DNA of 64,000 nucleotides from a virus (Duplodnaviria; Caudoviricetes): IMG/VR virus record IMGVR_UViG_3300011908_000001, positions 1 to 64,000 of that record; one strand, given 5' to 3'. Positions 27,416 to 37,622 of this stretch are shown in pieces (the stretch's first letter is position 1; the number at the start of each line of letters is the position of its first letter). Below the pieces are notes generated by a model. That model was not told where the DNA came from. It saw only the letters and a program-made list of their open reading frames with translations, and searched no databases. The position numbers were made by a program, and so were the translations under genes.

Positions 27416-28143
27416 TGTCAGAGCAGAATCAAATAAACCATTCAAAGGGTAAAGCATTCAACACTAATCGAGTTTTAAAAGACGGTAGCGAAGTACGCTA
27501 CGACTTGCCATTATACCGCCAGATTACAGAAGCAGCTAACTCAAGGCTTTTTTCAAAGGCTGTGCAATACCTCATTGAAAGCAAACTTTATAAAGTGTTC
27601 TTACCTGTAGAAGTTAGAGAGGAATTTATAAACGATATTACAGAGTTGTATTACCGAAAGTTTGGGTACCTGTCAGTTATGGATGATGCTTTATCCCACG
27701 CCTTGGCAGAGTATTATTTACAGACAGATGTCAAGGTCATGCCAGATTATGAGGTAAGACTTCCTAACTGCAACTTCTTGGAATATCCTTTTGAAGGGGC
27801 TCGCATGAGACTACGAAACCACATGTCCCCCTACCGCTACGAGGTACCTGTTGATATGACCACTAGCGAAGAGTTATTCACGAGCAAGCTATTCTCAGGG
27901 AGCCTTCCAGAGGACGAGATGCAACAAGTAAACGAGACTATGGACATTACACAGGCTTTCGAACTAGCCAATTTAACAAAGCTGGAACAAGACATTGTGT
28001 GGCTTAACTCAGTGGTTGGCATGAGCCTTAGAGACATCTCTGACCTCAGTGATGAGTTCCCTAGAAAGTCCGCCATTTCATACAAACTTAAAGCTGCTAA
28101 GAAAAAACTTAAAAAAGCAGTTTTAGAAAACAATTTAAAATAG
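27412..28143 (+). CDS. Putative sigma-factor-like transcription regulator
   Basis: C-terminal region-4-like HTH: LTKLEQDIVWL...GMSLRDIS...AISYKLKAAKKKL. Confidence 0.55.
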   Translation: MMSEQNQINHSKGKAFNTNRVLKDGSEVRYDLPLYRQITEAANSRLFSKAVQYLIESKLYKVFLPVEVREEFINDITELYYRKFGYLSVMDDALSHALAEYYLQTDVKVMPDYEVRLPNCNFLEYPFEGARMRLRNHMSPYRYEVPVDMTTSEELFTSKLFSGSLPEDEMQQVNETMDITQAFELANLTKLEQDIVWLNSVVGMSLRDISDLSDEFPRKSAISYKLKAAKKKLKKAVLENNLK

Positions 28144-28216
28144 CCGTTAAATACCCTTGACAAGTTCAGGGGTTTTTTGGTATACTAAAGGAGTAATAAA
28201 GACAGGAGGAACAATT

Positions 28217-28441
28217 ATGAAATTAAACCTTGAGTGGTTATGGATAGCATGGAAACAAGTTAATACCGGAGAGGACTTTGCTACATGGGTTATTCAAAAC
28301 CACCGAGTAAATGAGCAAGTATTCCTCAAGTCAAAGAAGCCAGAAGCCACTGAATATTCCTTGCCAAAAGATATTAAGGCAAAGGTTGAGGTAGATAATT
28401 ATAGATATGACAATACAGAAGAGTATTTAGGAGGTGACTGA
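28217..28441 (+). CDS. Hypothetical protein (start reassigned to 28217)
   Basis: RBS AGGAGG after the promoter at 28157-28186. Confidence 0.65.
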   Translation: MKLNLEWLWIAWKQVNTGEDFATWVIQNHRVNEQVFLKSKKPEATEYSLPKDIKAKVEVDNYRYDNTEEYLGGD

Positions 28442-28607
28442 TTGTGGTACGTAAATATATTTTTAAGTATGGAATGCCAGATGGTTCTACAGGGTGCGAA
28501 GAGGTCAATGTAACCATGGATATGCTAGATACTATGTTAATTAAATATACTGACTGTTACGAAAGAGGCATCATAACATGGTGGGATTATGAGGAGATGG
28601 TAACGTA

Positions 28608-29072
28608 ATGTACAAGTTTAAAGAGGGAGAAATATATAAATGTGTAAGATCACTTGACGAGTATGTTTTCAAGGTTGACAAGCATTACCCAGTACGTATC
28701 AATAGTAGTAACAAACCTTGCTTATACAGTGAAGATGAGGATAGTTTTACAGATTTCTGTTTAAACCGTTTTACAGACTACTGGTTCAAGTTCGAGAAGG
28801 TAGAAAAAGGCTATGGGGAGGGTAAAAAGATGATAAACTTTACAGATGAAGAGTTACTTGTGTTGATTGCACTATTAGGGGCACAAGATAATACTAGTAT
28901 CAATGAGGCTATTGATAACCTTGATGACGAGTTCTTCTACTCTAAAGGAGTCTTCTTTATAAAGCCATTTATGAATGGTATGAAAACGCCTGCTGACAAT
29001 GTATATAATAGGTTACTTCATGAGTCAAACAAACGAGGCATATTAAAATGGGAAGAAGATGAGTGGCTTTAA
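28608..29072 (+). CDS. Hypothetical protein (FKxGD family)
   Basis: MYKFKEGEIYKC N-terminus. Confidence 0.65.
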   Translation: MYKFKEGEIYKCVRSLDEYVFKVDKHYPVRINSSNKPCLYSEDEDSFTDFCLNRFTDYWFKFEKVEKGYGEGKKMINFTDEELLVLIALLGAQDNTSINEAIDNLDDEFFYSKGVFFIKPFMNGMKTPADNVYNRLLHESNKRGILKWEEDEWL

Positions 29073-29150
29073 ACTTTATCATATAAAGGGGCTTGCACAA
29101 AAACCTTTTCTATGGTATCATATACACATAATGATTAGGGAGGAAATGAA

Positions 29151-29921
29151 ATGGCAAAATTTAATATAGGCGATAAGGTACGTTGTAACGATTCCCACTA
29201 TAACAATGATTCAGAAGTCTACTCTTTTGATGCACCATCAAACGTAATGGAAGTAGTAGATATGGAAGTAGCAGATTATTGCAAAAGATTAGTATACTGC
29301 TTATGGGAAGGGGAAAAATGGGGCTACTGGGAAGATGAGTTAGAGCTGGTTGAGGGGGTTCTTAAATTCAAAGAGGGGGATATCCTAGTCGAGAAGGGTG
29401 GCAAGGGAGTTCGAAAGGTACTATCGACTAGCTTACCGGAATTAGAGTACCGCTTAGAGCGTTTAGTTTCTCCTAACGGTGAGATTGCATCAGGTGAAAT
29501 TAGCCTTGACAAAATATACGTGGAGGAGGCTTACAAACTAGCTGACAAGCCTTGGCACGTGGACTCTGCAGAAGAGTTTAAAAAAGGAGACTATTTAATC
29601 TCCACTTCTGATGCTAAGGGGCTAACTGTTGGAAAGACTTACATGGTAGTCAATACTTATGGAGGATTTGTTAGGGTTACTAATGACAGTGGTATTTTAG
29701 ATGGGTACCGAACGAGTTGTTTCGAAAAAATCAGGTTTGTAAAAGTACAATCCACAGGTATTCCTACACCTAAGCCTTCGGTTATGGACTTCACTCCGAA
29801 ACAGCTAGAGCGTATTGCATCCTTAAGGGTAGACATTGAGAAATGTGAGGAATTAGTTAAGCAGAAACGAGATGAATTAGATCAGCTATTAGAGTTAGGA
29901 GGTAAAGCATGTATATTGTAA
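29151..29921 (+). CDS. Hypothetical protein with three FKxGD modules and C-terminal coiled coil
   Basis: KFNIGDKV, KFKEGDIL, EFKKGDYL; own promoter TTGCAC-17-TATCAT at 29093-29121. Confidence 0.7.
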   Translation: MAKFNIGDKVRCNDSHYNNDSEVYSFDAPSNVMEVVDMEVADYCKRLVYCLWEGEKWGYWEDELELVEGVLKFKEGDILVEKGGKGVRKVLSTSLPELEYRLERLVSPNGEIASGEISLDKIYVEEAYKLADKPWHVDSAEEFKKGDYLISTSDAKGLTVGKTYMVVNTYGGFVRVTNDSGILDGYRTSCFEKIRFVKVQSTGIPTPKPSVMDFTPKQLERIASLRVDIEKCEELVKQKRDELDQLLELGGKACIL

Positions 29922-30127
29922 CCTTTAAGTGGGGTTCTACTGGAAAAGAGTACGTACTTGGTGCATATGATTCGAAAGCTAGGGCAAGGGCTTCTGCGGA
30001 AGCCTCTGCTAGATTCAAGAGAAACGCCCTCTATAAAATAGTTAAATACTTCCCAACAGTAAGCCACCTCGAAGACCCTTGGGAGAAGTATAGTGAAGAG
30101 ACTGGTGGTTTGGAGGTTATAAAGTGA
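29909..30127 (+). CDS. Hypothetical protein
   Basis: RBS AGGAGG; overlaps neighbouring genes. Confidence 0.6.
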   Translation: MYIVTFKWGSTGKEYVLGAYDSKARARASAEASARFKRNALYKIVKYFPTVSHLEDPWEKYSEETGGLEVIK

Positions 30128-30345
30128 AACTATTTAAAAGTATTGTTGAAGGCATGTTAATTACTATGATGGTGATCGGAGTAATCGGGTTAAATATAGT
30201 TATTGGATATGGTGTGTTTGAGTCTATCTACCTAACAACTGTTCCACACTATGGGCTAGCTATTTTTCTAGGCTCAATAATCTTTACACTTGATTTGTTT
30301 ATACTTTGGGCATTCCTTGATATACAGGATATTAATAAACGTTAA
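30124..30345 (+). CDS. Small membrane protein
   Basis: Two hydrophobic segments; GTG start with RBS GGAGG. Confidence 0.65.
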   Translation: MKLFKSIVEGMLITMMVIGVIGLNIVIGYGVFESIYLTTVPHYGLAIFLGSIIFTLDLFILWAFLDIQDINKR

Positions 30346-30384
30346 TTATCACACTATGTGCAGAGGTTTTAAAGCAGAAAGGAT

Positions 30385-31137
30385 TTGATTATGATTTTAA
30401 CTTTGGCAGGTGTTATCGGTGTGGGCAAGTCTTCTATGACAGCCCTTTTAGCAGAGGTATTAGATACAAAGGCGGTGTACGAGCCTATTGAGAACAACGA
30501 GTTACTAGAGCTTTTCTATCAGGACAAGGAGAAGTATGGATTCGTCTTTCAAATAGACATGTTAAGTCGCCGTTTCGAACTTATTCAAGAGGCTATGAGT
30601 GTTAAGCATGGTATCTTAGACCGTTCCATTTACGAGGATGCAATCTTCCTTGACCAACTCTATGATGAAGGTGCTGTCTCCAAGGTAGAGAAAGAGGCGT
30701 ACCACCGCCTTGCTTCACGTATGCTTAAAGAGTTAGAACCACTTCCTAAGAAGTCTCCTGATATGATGATAGTTTTAAACTGCTCATTTGAGGAAGAGAT
30801 TAAGCGTATCAACGCACGTGCCAGAGAATTTGAAAAGGTGGAAGAAGGCACAGAGCTTTATGAATACTTTAGAAACCACCATGAAAACTACCAGAGATGG
30901 ATTCAGAAAGATTTAGGGTTCCCTAAGCTGGTGCTTGATGTTACTCATATGGACTTTGTCAATAATGTTGACCACGCTGACGAGCTACTGTCAATCATCT
31001 TAAAAGCTCTAATAGACAACGATGTTTTAACTGAGGAAGAGGCTGTAGATGCCGCTGTAAGACATGTTACAAAAACTTCAATAGACATGTCTGACTGCGA
31101 TTTCGTGATTACTCAAGGGACTGTTAAGGAGGATTAA
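30385..31137 (+). CDS. Deoxynucleoside kinase (dCK/dGK family)
   Basis: LAGVIGVGKSS, YEPI, LDRSIYED, PDMMIVL, RINARAREFE. Confidence 0.9.
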   Translation: MIMILTLAGVIGVGKSSMTALLAEVLDTKAVYEPIENNELLELFYQDKEKYGFVFQIDMLSRRFELIQEAMSVKHGILDRSIYEDAIFLDQLYDEGAVSKVEKEAYHRLASRMLKELEPLPKKSPDMMIVLNCSFEEEIKRINARAREFEKVEEGTELYEYFRNHHENYQRWIQKDLGFPKLVLDVTHMDFVNNVDHADELLSIILKALIDNDVLTEEEAVDAAVRHVTKTSIDMSDCDFVITQGTVKED

Positions 31138-31140
31138 TCA

Positions 31141-31377
31141 ATGAGAAAGAAATTGGTAATTAAAAGATGCTCTGAGTACTCATCAGAAGTCATCGAAATG
31201 TATACGACACCTCGTGATACACTCCATGTGGAAGTACTTATTGAGGATTACAATGTGGATGGAGGTTTACCCGAAGAGATTATATACCAAGGTTTCATGG
31301 ATGATTACTTCGAACTAGACAAAGAGACTGCTAAAGAGTTAGTTAGTGCACTGCAAGAATATTTAGGGGGGGCATAA
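31141..31377 (+). CDS. Hypothetical protein
   Basis: RBS AAGGAGG. Confidence 0.65.
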   Translation: MRKKLVIKRCSEYSSEVIEMYTTPRDTLHVEVLIEDYNVDGGLPEEIIYQGFMDDYFELDKETAKELVSALQEYLGGA

Positions 31378-31380
31378 CGC

Positions 31381-31581
31381 ATGTGGCAATTTAAAGTAGG
31401 AGACCAAATAGTTACTCGATACACCACTGATAATAACTTTACCTACCATGTTGTAGGTCTTGACAAGTCTGAAAAGATCGGTGCTAATTTCTATGTCATT
31501 AAGAACGATGTATCCGGTATTGAACTACGCTGTCCGAGAGACAATATTAACAGCACCTGTAAAATATTGGGGGAGGGATAA
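31381..31581 (+). CDS. Hypothetical protein (FKxGD family)
   Basis: MWQFKVGDQIV. Confidence 0.6.
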   Translation: MWQFKVGDQIVTRYTTDNNFTYHVVGLDKSEKIGANFYVIKNDVSGIELRCPRDNINSTCKILGEG

Positions 31582-31746
31582 ACATGATGGACGATTTAGC
31601 AACTTTTGTTATGTATATTTTATTGTACCTTGGTGTAAATATATTTCTATTCGGTTTAGGGTTTCTTATAATCTATTTAATATATACTCTTAATGCAGAG
31701 GCAGTTAATGTACTGGGAAATTTCTTTAAATAAAGGAGGAAAAGGA

Positions 31747-32004
31747 ATGATTACGATCGAATATCCCCACTATCCGAAGTTAAAAGATATCGCACACCTT
31801 TTAAGTATTAATGATGATTTCGATGTATCTTTAGACGATGTAGAGGTGGGAACTTTTAAACACAAAGCCCTAATAGATAACCACGGGGAAGCTTATGTAA
31901 CTTATATTAGCTATGGTGTTGATGATTATGGCGATTATAGTTTCATGGTAATTGATTTAGTAAGTGATAAAAAACTACTTTATAAGGGGGGGAAATTTAA
32001 ATGA
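31747..32004 (+). CDS. Hypothetical protein (start reassigned to 31747)
   Basis: RBS AAAGGAGG upstream of ATGATTACG. Confidence 0.6.
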   Translation: MITIEYPHYPKLKDIAHLLSINDDFDVSLDDVEVGTFKHKALIDNHGEAYVTYISYGVDDYGDYSFMVIDLVSDKKLLYKGGKFK

Positions 32005-32264
32005 GTAAAAAGTCTAAGCCTGTTGGAGAGTTTCCTAAACTTGCGGATATCAAAGCGATCTTAAATCCTTATGACGTCTTTGAGGTTACCGTTGATTGCG
32101 TTCTGGAAGTTGATTACCAAGACTTAATTGAGTTGGATGAACTTGTTGAGCGCTTCGGGGGATGCTATGTGCAGGAGATTTCGTATGACATCTTAGCGAG
32201 TGACTATGGCTTTGTTACGCTTGAGTTACACACCAGTTACCCGCCAGCGAAAGGGGATGATTAA
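32001..32264 (+). CDS. Hypothetical protein
   Basis: ATGA overlap with the previous gene. Confidence 0.6.
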   Translation: MSKKSKPVGEFPKLADIKAILNPYDVFEVTVDCVLEVDYQDLIELDELVERFGGCYVQEISYDILASDYGFVTLELHTSYPPAKGDD

Positions 32265-32453
32265 ATGTCAGAGTTATTATTAGTCCTTTTATCTGGCTTT
32301 TTGCTAGCTGTGCTAGTGTTCATGCTTGGGGGAGTAATAATCTTCTTCAAACTTTTGGTAGGGCTGTTAGGTTGGTGGGTAATGTGGCTTCCTGCGGCGG
32401 GGTTAATCTTTGTGGTCACCATATTTATCTACTTATGGAAGGAGTCTCATTAG
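32265..32453 (+). CDS. Small membrane protein
   Basis: Almost entirely hydrophobic, 62 aa. Confidence 0.65.
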   Translation: MSELLLVLLSGFLLAVLVFMLGGVIIFFKLLVGLLGWWVMWLPAAGLIFVVTIFIYLWKESH

Positions 32454-32891
32454 ATGAAGGAACCTATTTTTAGAGTATATGTCAACAAGGTTGGTTACCT
32501 AGCTCCTCCACAGTTCGTTATCACACCTCGTGGAGAGGTTTTAATGGAGAATGAAGGGGTTTGGATACACCCTCCACAAGACTTGCTCTATGTGCTTGAG
32601 AGACGACTTAATGAAACATCAGTGAACGGCGCTGAAATTATTTTTGAAGGCGACTTGGTTCAGCTCGTACCAGAGGCTTTCGATAGTGTTGATCCAGTAT
32701 TTGGGTATGCTGGAATCAGAGATGGTCAAGAAGGTGTGGTACTAGAAGGTGATTTAGACTTTATTCCCCTGCATGGAGGAGGTTTCCACCGCCACTTGCA
32801 GAAGCTTGGCAACAACACTACGTGGGGAGAGCCTTATGATTTAGAAAAGATTATTACAGAGTATTTTGACAGGCTGGAGGAAAAGGAATGA
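32454..32891 (+). CDS. YopX-like protein
   Basis: MKEPIFRVY N-terminus, EIIFEGDLV, KLGN. Confidence 0.55.
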   Translation: MKEPIFRVYVNKVGYLAPPQFVITPRGEVLMENEGVWIHPPQDLLYVLERRLNETSVNGAEIIFEGDLVQLVPEAFDSVDPVFGYAGIRDGQEGVVLEGDLDFIPLHGGGFHRHLQKLGNNTTWGEPYDLEKIITEYFDRLEEKE

Positions 32892-33403
32892 CAGAGGAAT
32901 TATGGAAAGTTGTGGAAGGTTTTCCCGATTACAGCGTAAGCAACCTCGGGAGAGTCATATCACGGCGGACTAGTAAAGAGAAGTTTATTGGTTCTCACGT
33001 TGATAAGAAATCAGGTTACAGTATTATAAACCTTAGAAATGATGATTTGGAAGGTGATTATAGAACTTCTGTGCACAGGGAGGTTGCTAGGGCTTTTGTG
33101 GAAGACCCTGACCCTACTAATGGTAAGAGAATTGTCAACCACATTTCAGGAGACCCCACAGACAATCGTGCGGTTAACTTGGAATGGTGTACTTACAGTG
33201 AGAATTTAACTCACCCTAACTGCCACCGCAAACGCTCTAAAGAGGTTGTTAGAATAGATGTTCAAAATGGTTCTATAAAGATATTTCTGAACGCCTCAGT
33301 AGCCGCTAGAAGTGTTGGCGGGAGGGCTTCTACAATTTGGCAGAAGTGTAATAAAGTTCATAACAAGTTAGAATATTTAGGTTATTTTTGGGAGTGGGCT
33401 TAA
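32888..33403 (+). CDS. Free-standing HNH endonuclease (NUMOD4-HNH-NUMOD1)
   Basis: WKVVEGFPDYSVSNLGRV, VHREVARAF, VNHISGDPTDNRAVNLEWCT. Confidence 0.9.
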   Translation: MTEELWKVVEGFPDYSVSNLGRVISRRTSKEKFIGSHVDKKSGYSIINLRNDDLEGDYRTSVHREVARAFVEDPDPTNGKRIVNHISGDPTDNRAVNLEWCTYSENLTHPNCHRKRSKEVVRIDVQNGSIKIFLNASVAARSVGGRASTIWQKCNKVHNKLEYLGYFWEWA

Positions 33404-34310
33404 AACCTACTCTCTTTTTGCGTTTGATAATCTTTTTTTTCAACTTTCAAATTTTGAAAAATTTTGTCTAGCTCTTAACTTTTAAAAAGATTTTTTCAGG
33501 TTTGGATAAAACATCAATAAAAAATGAGAAAATTTTTTCTAACTCTCATAATTATTTAATAAAAAATGAGAAAATTTTTTCCTATATAGCACCTTTCCGC
33601 CGTTTTACGTGTCTCTCACGAGCATTCTAAGCACGTTTCAAATAGCCAAACAGGCAATCACCCATCCAAAATCCTCACACAGCCTCTTAAAATCCTCTAA
33701 AATGTTACGACCACACTAACAAAACGCCGTTTCAATAGTTTAATCGTAACATCCTTACAAAAAGCTTTATTCGATCGTTTGTAAAAGTCATTCAATCACT
33801 AACCAAAAAGCATATGAGCAACCATATAATAGCTTATGAAATGTGGTACATGAACAGCTTATACTAAATACATACCCCACCAAGATTTTTATAAATCTTT
33901 ACATAAAACGTTAAAAAAGCACTCCCCAGAATTTTACACAAACACTCCCCCAGATTTTTTCAAGGCACTACATAAAACGTGGCGTGTAGGCGTGTGTGTA
34001 CCCCGGGATTTTTTTGATTTTTACACTTAAAACATCATGAAAAACACTTACTTGAAAAGCCTCAAAATAACACAAATTTAACGAAAATTGAAGGCTTTTT
34101 AGCAAGACTTTTAACCATTTTAAATAACACCATTACGAAAGATTACACGATTGTCACTAAAAATACTATTTTGCACACTGTAAAAAGTCTTGAAAACCTT
34201 GCTATCAAAGGATCTATACCTTATTTTGGCGGGTGTTCCGAAAAGTTTCCTACTATTAAAGCAATAAAAAGAACGACGTTAAAAACTTTTTAAAAGAATT
34301 TAATTAAAAT
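33404..34310. other. ~900-bp AT-rich non-coding region with A/T tracts and short repeats (possible origin or genome-terminus region)
   Basis: No ORF of 60 aa or more; 24-bp direct repeat at 33516-33539 and 33558-33581; four CCCC..GA(A)TTTT motifs between 33875 and 34015. Confidence 0.5.
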
Positions 34311-34430
34311 GGTTGTAATGTGTTTCATAACATGGTAAGATATAAACAAGTTAAGAGAACAACATGAAAACATTTAATCGGACGAACTCGAAAGAGTATA
34401 AAAGAATTTAAATTAAGGAGGTGAAAAGTC

Positions 34431-34517
34431 TTGGAAAACTTTATAATATTAGTTATGATAGTTGTAACATCGGTAGCGGCTGTTAAATGGTCACTTGGTG
34501 GCTATGAAGAAAAATAA
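34431..34517 (+). CDS. 28-aa hydrophobic peptide
   Basis: TTG start after AAGGAGGTG; own promoter TTGTAA-17-TAAGAT at 34313-34341. Confidence 0.5.
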   Translation: MENFIILVMIVVTSVAAVKWSLGGYEEK

Positions 34518-34581
34518 AAAAAGTTGTTCAAAAGTGTTGACAAAGAAATTCCAAAATGTTAAGATATAGACAAGTTAAAAA
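34517..34581 (+). repeat. 65-bp exact direct repeat containing a strong promoter (second copy 35992-36056)
   Basis: AAAAAAGTTGTTCAAAAGTGTTGACAAAGAAATTCCAAAATGTTAAGATATAGACAAGTTAAAAA; TTGACA-17-TAAGAT. Confidence 0.92.
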
Positions 34582-34585
34582 GGAG

Positions 34586-34702
34586 ATGAAACAAGTGTTT
34601 GCAAATCGATCCCGCAAAGAACAACAAGAAAGAGACTTCTTTTCTAGGTGGTTCATTATTATAGGGGCGGTGGTATTTATCGCCGTAGCTTGGTTTATGT
34701 AA
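34586..34702 (+). CDS. 38-aa peptide with C-terminal transmembrane segment
   Basis: MKQVFANRSRKEQQERDFFSRWFIIIGAVVFIAVAWFM; AAGGAG upstream (alternative GTG start 9 nt later). Confidence 0.55.
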   Translation: MKQVFANRSRKEQQERDFFSRWFIIIGAVVFIAVAWFM

Positions 34703-34757
34703 CATCTATTCGGACGAGCTTCAAACCAAAACTAAAAAATTAAAAGGGGTTTTAAAA

Positions 34758-35180
34758 ATGAATGAAAAACAATTAATCGAAAACATTTTGAACGTGGTAA
34801 GAAATGAAATGAAAGAATACGAACGAAAAGGCTTTTTGTACAATGCAATGAGCGACGTCAACTCTTGGAATGGTGCCTTTGAAGAAAGCTTTCCTTATGA
34901 TATGGAATCCTTCAATGATTTCTTGTGTGGTTTAGAGCCTTTGGAAATAGTCAAACAGGTAAGTCCTTCAAAGTTTAATCCCAACAACGATTATTTTATA
35001 ATGGGTATATACGGTATTGAAAGCATTACAGAAGAGGAGCTTGTCGAAAAACTTGACTACCTCGACGGGGATATTGTGGAAAGCTTTGTTGACGTGCTGG
35101 ACTCGATTTCTTGGGAATGCTACACAACAGGTAAGGTCAGAAGCCTTATCGAAAGATTTTTAGAAAGCGAGGGCGAATAG
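34758..35180 (+). CDS. Putative early protein, acidic
   Basis: Starts in the 21-nt cassette. Confidence 0.75.
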   Translation: MNEKQLIENILNVVRNEMKEYERKGFLYNAMSDVNSWNGAFEESFPYDMESFNDFLCGLEPLEIVKQVSPSKFNPNNDYFIMGIYGIESITEEELVEKLDYLDGDIVESFVDVLDSISWECYTTGKVRSLIERFLESEGE

Positions 35181-35181
35181 T

Positions 35182-35394
35182 ATGAAAAAACTTAACTACG
35201 AATTTTTAACAACTTTTGAAAATATTGCAGTAAACGACCTTTACAGCCACTATTGTAAATTAGTTAAAAATGGTTTGATTACAATCAAGGAAGCTGAATT
35301 TTGTTATGTTAAAAAACTCTTAAAAGAGTATCCAGAAAAAGCCTTCAATATTTACACTAATTGCCCTAACTTTTTAGAAAGTGGGGTAAAATAG
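35182..35394 (+). CDS. Putative early protein
   Basis: RBS GAGGG; tight packing. Confidence 0.6.
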   Translation: MKKLNYEFLTTFENIAVNDLYSHYCKLVKNGLITIKEAEFCYVKKLLKEYPEKAFNIYTNCPNFLESGVK

Positions 35395-35395
35395 A

Positions 35396-35680
35396 ATGGA
35401 CAAAAATACGACTCAATTTCTGCATAAGCAACTTACAAAGTCGTTTTATCCTTTGAACGATATTAAAAGGCTTCAGGTGTTGACCTTACAGGAACTAAAC
35501 AATACCATTTCACGGCTTGAAAAGGGGGCTTCTGGTGACGAGATTGCGGACGGCTTGAGAGAGTTGTCCTCTAATCTTGACCAAGTAGCCAGCAAATCTA
35601 TTTCATTGGAACTTTTCTTAAGGTCAATGAAGCACCCTATTCAAGAATCACTTGGCGAAAGGGTGAATAGACATGATTAA
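35396..35680 (+). CDS. Putative early protein
   Basis: RBS GGGG; tight packing. Confidence 0.6.
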   Translation: MDKNTTQFLHKQLTKSFYPLNDIKRLQVLTLQELNNTISRLEKGASGDEIADGLRELSSNLDQVASKSISLELFLRSMKHPIQESLGERVNRHD

Positions 35681-35993
35681 TATAATTCTGTATTTACTTG
35701 CCTTTATAGGGCTCGCTACGGTATATTATGGACTATTTAAATTAGTGAATTATCTCATGGACACCGCAAACGATCTAAAATACAAATTTGAAAGAGAGCT
35801 TCAAAAACGGCACGAAAAAATAGCCGTCAAAAAGTTTATCAAAGAGGAAAAAGAAAAGGAAATTGAAAAAGCTATCTTGCGAATGCACGCCGAAAAGTTA
35901 AGAGAAGAAAAAGCATTATCAGAGTTAGTCCAAAATATCGCGGACGATGATGGTGATGATGAGGATGGTGACAACGATTTTGAAGTATTTTAA
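35673..35993 (+). CDS. Membrane-anchored coiled-coil protein with acidic tail
   Basis: N-terminal TM segment; DDDGDDEDGDNDF tail. Confidence 0.65.
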   Translation: MINIILYLLAFIGLATVYYGLFKLVNYLMDTANDLKYKFERELQKRHEKIAVKKFIKEEKEKEIEKAILRMHAEKLREEKALSELVQNIADDDGDDEDGDNDFEVF

Positions 35994-36087
35994 AAAAGTT
36001 GTTCAAAAGTGTTGACAAAGAAATTCCAAAATGTTAAGATATAGACAAGTTAAAAACACAACTAAAAAATAAAAAGGGGTTTTAAAA

Positions 36088-36456
36088 ATGAATAAAAACA
36101 GCAACGAAAAAATCAGAGAACTACTAGTAACCAACAGAGGTTCTGAAGTGGAAGCTTTCACTACGGGCGGGCATATTGTAATGGTACGACGTCAGGGAAA
36201 TGATATCTATGGGAATCCCCTCTATAAGGTTATTCCAAAAAGCTTCATTTTCTTCCCTTTGGAATGTGCTTATAAAAATTTCCACAACAAAGAATACTAT
36301 CTTATCCAATCATATAACCTTGAGAATGATATCATCGAGCTTCTGGACGAGGTAGATAGCAAAAAACCCGTTCCGGAAAGTTGGGTAAAAGATGCTAGTT
36401 ACTACACCGAAAAAGGTTATATATTGAAACATGTTATTATGGTCAACAATCTTTGA
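36088..36456 (+). CDS. Putative early protein
   Basis: Starts in the 21-nt cassette, after the duplicated promoter. Confidence 0.75.
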   Translation: MNKNSNEKIRELLVTNRGSEVEAFTTGGHIVMVRRQGNDIYGNPLYKVIPKSFIFFPLECAYKNFHNKEYYLIQSYNLENDIIELLDEVDSKKPVPESWVKDASYYTEKGYILKHVIMVNNL

Positions 36457-36542
36457 GGAAGCAGGATAAAAAGCTTGCTTTCTCTTTCTAAAAATGGTAA
36501 AGTAAAGAAGTAGAAAAACAAAAATTAAAAGGGGTTTTAAAA

Positions 36543-36794
36543 ATGAATAAAAAAATGCTTATTGAAGTTTATAACACCTATCATAAGGAAACAGAGTTTT
36601 TTGTAGGTTCTATGGAAGAAGCAAAAAAAGAAAAAGAAAATATGCTTTCTATTAAGGCGTGGGAACTCGCAGAAAATGAGTTAGAGGAGGATTGGGAACT
36701 TTACTATAAAAGCTATAAAGAAGCTTTACAGGCTACTTATAAGGATATATTTTACACATTATGTAGTGAATTAGAATATTCAATTGTTAAATAA
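36543..36794 (+). CDS. Putative early protein, acidic
   Basis: Starts in the 21-nt cassette. Confidence 0.75.
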   Translation: MNKKMLIEVYNTYHKETEFFVGSMEEAKKEKENMLSIKAWELAENELEEDWELYYKSYKEALQATYKDIFYTLCSELEYSIVK

Positions 36795-36817
36795 AAAAAT
36801 AAAAAGGGGTTTTAAAA

Positions 36818-37075
36818 ATGAATATGCCAATTAAAAAATTATCATTAAATGATATTGAAGGACTACTTTTAAAAGGTCACACAATCTACACCACTCAAGA
36901 ACTTACAGAAATAGGCGTTGCAAAGATTTATAGTGTGCCAGTCGGAAACGTTACTTATCTAGGATACTATGACGGTAAAGACTTTTTCCAAGACGGTTAT
37001 GAACTTGAAAAAGGCGACATGGTTTACAGTGTTAACCCGTTCGGAAAACTTAAAGGAGGTAATTCTAATGCTTAA
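36818..37075 (+). CDS. Putative early protein
   Basis: Starts in the 21-nt cassette. Confidence 0.75.
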   Translation: MNMPIKKLSLNDIEGLLLKGHTIYTTQELTEIGVAKIYSVPVGNVTYLGYYDGKDFFQDGYELEKGDMVYSVNPFGKLKGGNSNA

Positions 37076-37223
37076 TATTCTAATGTTATTATCAGTTACA
37101 AAAGTTTTATTCATTATCTTTGTTGTCTTATCAGTGGTGGCGGTTGTGGGAATCTATGCAATGAGTAACGTCGCTTTAAAAAGTAAAATTAAAGAGTTTG
37201 AACGCTTTGGAGGTGGCTTCTGA
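37068..37223 (+). CDS. Small membrane protein (start reassigned to 37068)
   Basis: RBS AAAGGAGG; hydrophobic N-terminal half. Confidence 0.65.
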   Translation: MLNILMLLSVTKVLFIIFVVLSVVAVVGIYAMSNVALKSKIKEFERFGGGF

Positions 37224-37390
37224 TGAAAGTATCAACTAAAGAATCTCGCATAAAAGACTTATGGAACACTTACAAAATCCAACCTGAAAAGGTTCGCAAC
37301 GAGCTTTCTTTCATTGAGTGGGTTACTATCGATAGTGATTGGCTAGTGGCAGAACGTGAGCGCCTTGCAATCATGAAGGGGGCTTGTTAA
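37223..37390 (+). CDS. 55-aa hypothetical protein
   Basis: TGATG overlap; RBS GGAGG. Confidence 0.55.
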   Translation: MKVSTKESRIKDLWNTYKIQPEKVRNELSFIEWVTIDSDWLVAERERLAIMKGAC

Positions 37391-37391
37391 G

Positions 37392-37622
37392 ATGGGGAAG
37401 TCAGCGTATGAAGTTATTATGAAACAGATTAAAATGGAACAATTAGAGCTTCATGCACGACGTAAAAATGGTTGGGAACCTCGTGAGTTACGAGACTATT
37501 GTTCTGGCGTACTTAACTCGTTAAGGGGTATCTCAACGAGCTTTTACGAATCTAACTACTTCACTGAACACGAGTATGAAAATATAGACAAAGCTTTGGA
37601 CGAGCTGGAAAATGAATTTTAA
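37392..37622 (+). CDS. Hypothetical protein
   Basis: RBS AAGGGGG. Confidence 0.65.
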   Translation: MGKSAYEVIMKQIKMEQLELHARRKNGWEPRELRDYCSGVLNSLRGISTSFYESNYFTEHEYENIDKALDELENEF

